A stretch of DNA of 64,000 nt from positions 64,691 to 128,690 of the forward strand of contig JBAYJP010000002.1 in the NCBI GenBank assembly GCA_041665025.1, in the 5' to 3' direction. A program made the translations under genes and the position numbers. The notes under the pieces are model-generated. The model did no database searches, had not been told where the DNA came from, and worked only from the letters and a program-made list of their open reading frames with translations. This DNA comes from Candidatus Magasanikiibacteriota bacterium (lineage in GTDB: Bacteria; Patescibacteriota; Patescibacteriia; Magasanikbacterales; UBA922). Position 1 is the first letter of the stretch. Each line of letters begins with the position of its first letter. Of the stretch, positions 62,859-64,000 are shown piece after piece.

Positions 62859-64000
62859 TCTTACAAAAAATAATCCGACAAAACTTACTGCAATAATAAT
62901 AAGTACTGAGACCAAAAATTTAATTGAAAATTTGCGACTGCCTTGCATGAATGAAAATCCAAACTTTGAAAGCAAATTTGTTGCATTGACTAATATAAAG
63001 GTAATAAGAGCAGTCTTGAATGTAATTACTTTCCCTGCCATGTCTGCCAGGTTGATGACAATGGCATCAATGCCGGCAAATGAAGCAATAACTGAACTGA
63101 TCATAAAACCAGAATTGCCAAAGAGCACCAGACAAACCTTTGTCACGAGCTTCACACTAATCAAAATACATGCAAATTTAATTGCCGGCTTTAACGCAAA
63201 AATCTTTCTATCTCCTTCTTTTTTATCGCGCGATGCAGAACCATTTGTCTGATTTTCTTTTTTTGACAAATAAAATGCGGAAAGTATGCCCGTCGTAATT
63301 ATAATAAGTAATAGAGTTGGGGTTATAACCGCAAGCAATTGGCCATTTAGAGGTCCTACCAACAAAAATATCTGAAAAAAGCTCGCAAGATTGGCAAGCA
63401 ACGCAGCGCCGATAAGTGAATTTACCATCGGTGATTTTTTGCTTTTTTGCGCAAGTGATTGTGTGGTAGACGTAGAAGAAATAAAACCAGCGACAAAACT
63501 GGTGAGAGTAAAACTCTTTTTATTTCCTACCACCTTGCCAAGTACATACCCAAATACATCAATGCCCGTAACCAAAGCGATGATAAGCCATAATTTTCTT
63601 GGATTAAAGATTTCTAATGTTGCAAATGTTCCTAGACTCAAATCATAGCTGTTCAACAATGTCGACAAATAAGGAATATCCGTTAATAAAAACGGCTTAT
63701 TGGGCAAAAATGGCAATATCACAAGCGTAATAATCGCGTAGCTAATAAAGGACTGCAATTCTTGTTGAGAAATGCCCACCACCACCTGACGCGTATGTGT
63801 CTTGATAGACAAGATGAGCAAAACGACAATAAGCAATGCAACGACCAGTTGCAGAGCCATTAATTCTGATGTAATAAAAAAACCAATAAGAAACGCAAAA
63901 ACAACTGAAATCTCATTTGTAAGCCCTGTTCGTTTTGAAATGAGAGAGCCCAGCACATAATACGCAACAACTAACGAGCTCAGTAGAATAGAAAGAACCA
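62856..64000 (-). CDS. polytopic membrane protein (DUF4010/MgtC-family-like), 5' end beyond window
   Basis: Continuous minus-strand ORF of mostly hydrophobic helices reaching the window edge. Family assignment is tentative. Confidence 0.4.
   Translation of the reverse strand, partial: VLSILLSSLVVAYYVLGSLISKRTGLTNEISVVFAFLIGFFITSELMALQLVVALLIVVLLILSIKTHTRQVVVGISQQELQSFISYAIITLVILPFLPNKPFLLTDIPYLSTLLNSYDLSLGTFATLEIFNPRKLWLIIALVTGIDVFGYVLGKVVGNKKSFTLTSFVAGFISSTSTTQSLAQKSKKSPMVNSLIGAALLANLASFFQIFLLVGPLNGQLLAVITPTLLLIIITTGILSAFYLSKKENQTNGSASRDKKEGDRKIFALKPAIKFACILISVKLVTKVCLVLFGNSGFMISSVIASFAGIDAIVINLADMAGKVITFKTALITFILVNATNLLSKFGFSFMQGSRKFSIKFLVSVLIIIAVSFVGLFFVR

Noticed and set aside
62762-62860. 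Possible CRISPR array, suggested by regularly spaced short repeats (also at 5055-5136, 6173-6272 and elsewhere)
   Set aside because: Units are 7 nt with no unique spacers of 25-40 nt and no cas genes nearby. These are heptamer microsatellite or palindrome arrays, not CRISPR.

Overview
This is a low-GC, tightly packed bacterial window. It has very short intergenic spacers and frequent gene overlaps. An array of VirB2/TrbC-like 'T4SS-pilin' paralogs, class-III prepilin-like proteins, small housekeeping proteins and near-absent Shine-Dalgarno sequences are most consistent with a Candidate Phyla Radiation / Patescibacteria genome; this is an inference, not a database result.

Housekeeping genes are present: gyrA, ruvA, rpsA, ileS (type-2 'PPFATGLPHYGH'), rpiB, rpe, trxB, pepA, a U32 peptidase, rpsF-ssb-rpsR, galU-like, and five tRNAs (Arg-TCT, His-GTG, Pro-TGG, Ala-TGC, and a Phe-GAA interrupted by a ~220-nt group-I-like intron).

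The accessory content is more unusual:
(a) Three tandem paralogous ABC-2 permease pairs and a single ATPase occupy 170-6180. Each module is bracketed by palindromic arrays of a degenerate heptamer (G[ATC]TA[CT]GT, 'ACGTG family'). The same heptamer recurs at about 10 sites, including next to a tyrosine recombinase, the pilus genes and a TrmB-type regulator.
(b) An operon-like block at 18290-23729 holds three Ddl-like ATP-grasp ligases, a GNAT, a KamA-like radical-SAM aminomutase and a Cys-rich protein, with M17 and U32 peptidases downstream.
(c) A ~10-kb array of 11 divergent VirB2-like pilin paralogs with hypervariable Cys-rich ectodomains sits at 40585-50410. It is interrupted by a four-helix-bundle (rRNA-IVS-type) cassette and a solute-binding lipoprotein. 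It is followed by three class-III prepilin-like genes.
(d) At least four more families of heptamer-built inverted-repeat elements fill intergenic spacers and flank cassettes. The same kind of heptamer microsatellites also sit inside ileS, ruvA and the galU-like gene as in-frame low-complexity insertions.
(e) The ileS leader carries divergent promoters, a T-box-like 'GGTACCG..CGCG' segment, an intrinsic terminator and a 76-nt near-perfect hairpin.

No CRISPR, rRNA or prophage structural genes were seen. Start codons of several ORFs were trimmed where the ORF-track N-terminus is only a read-through of a repeat element.
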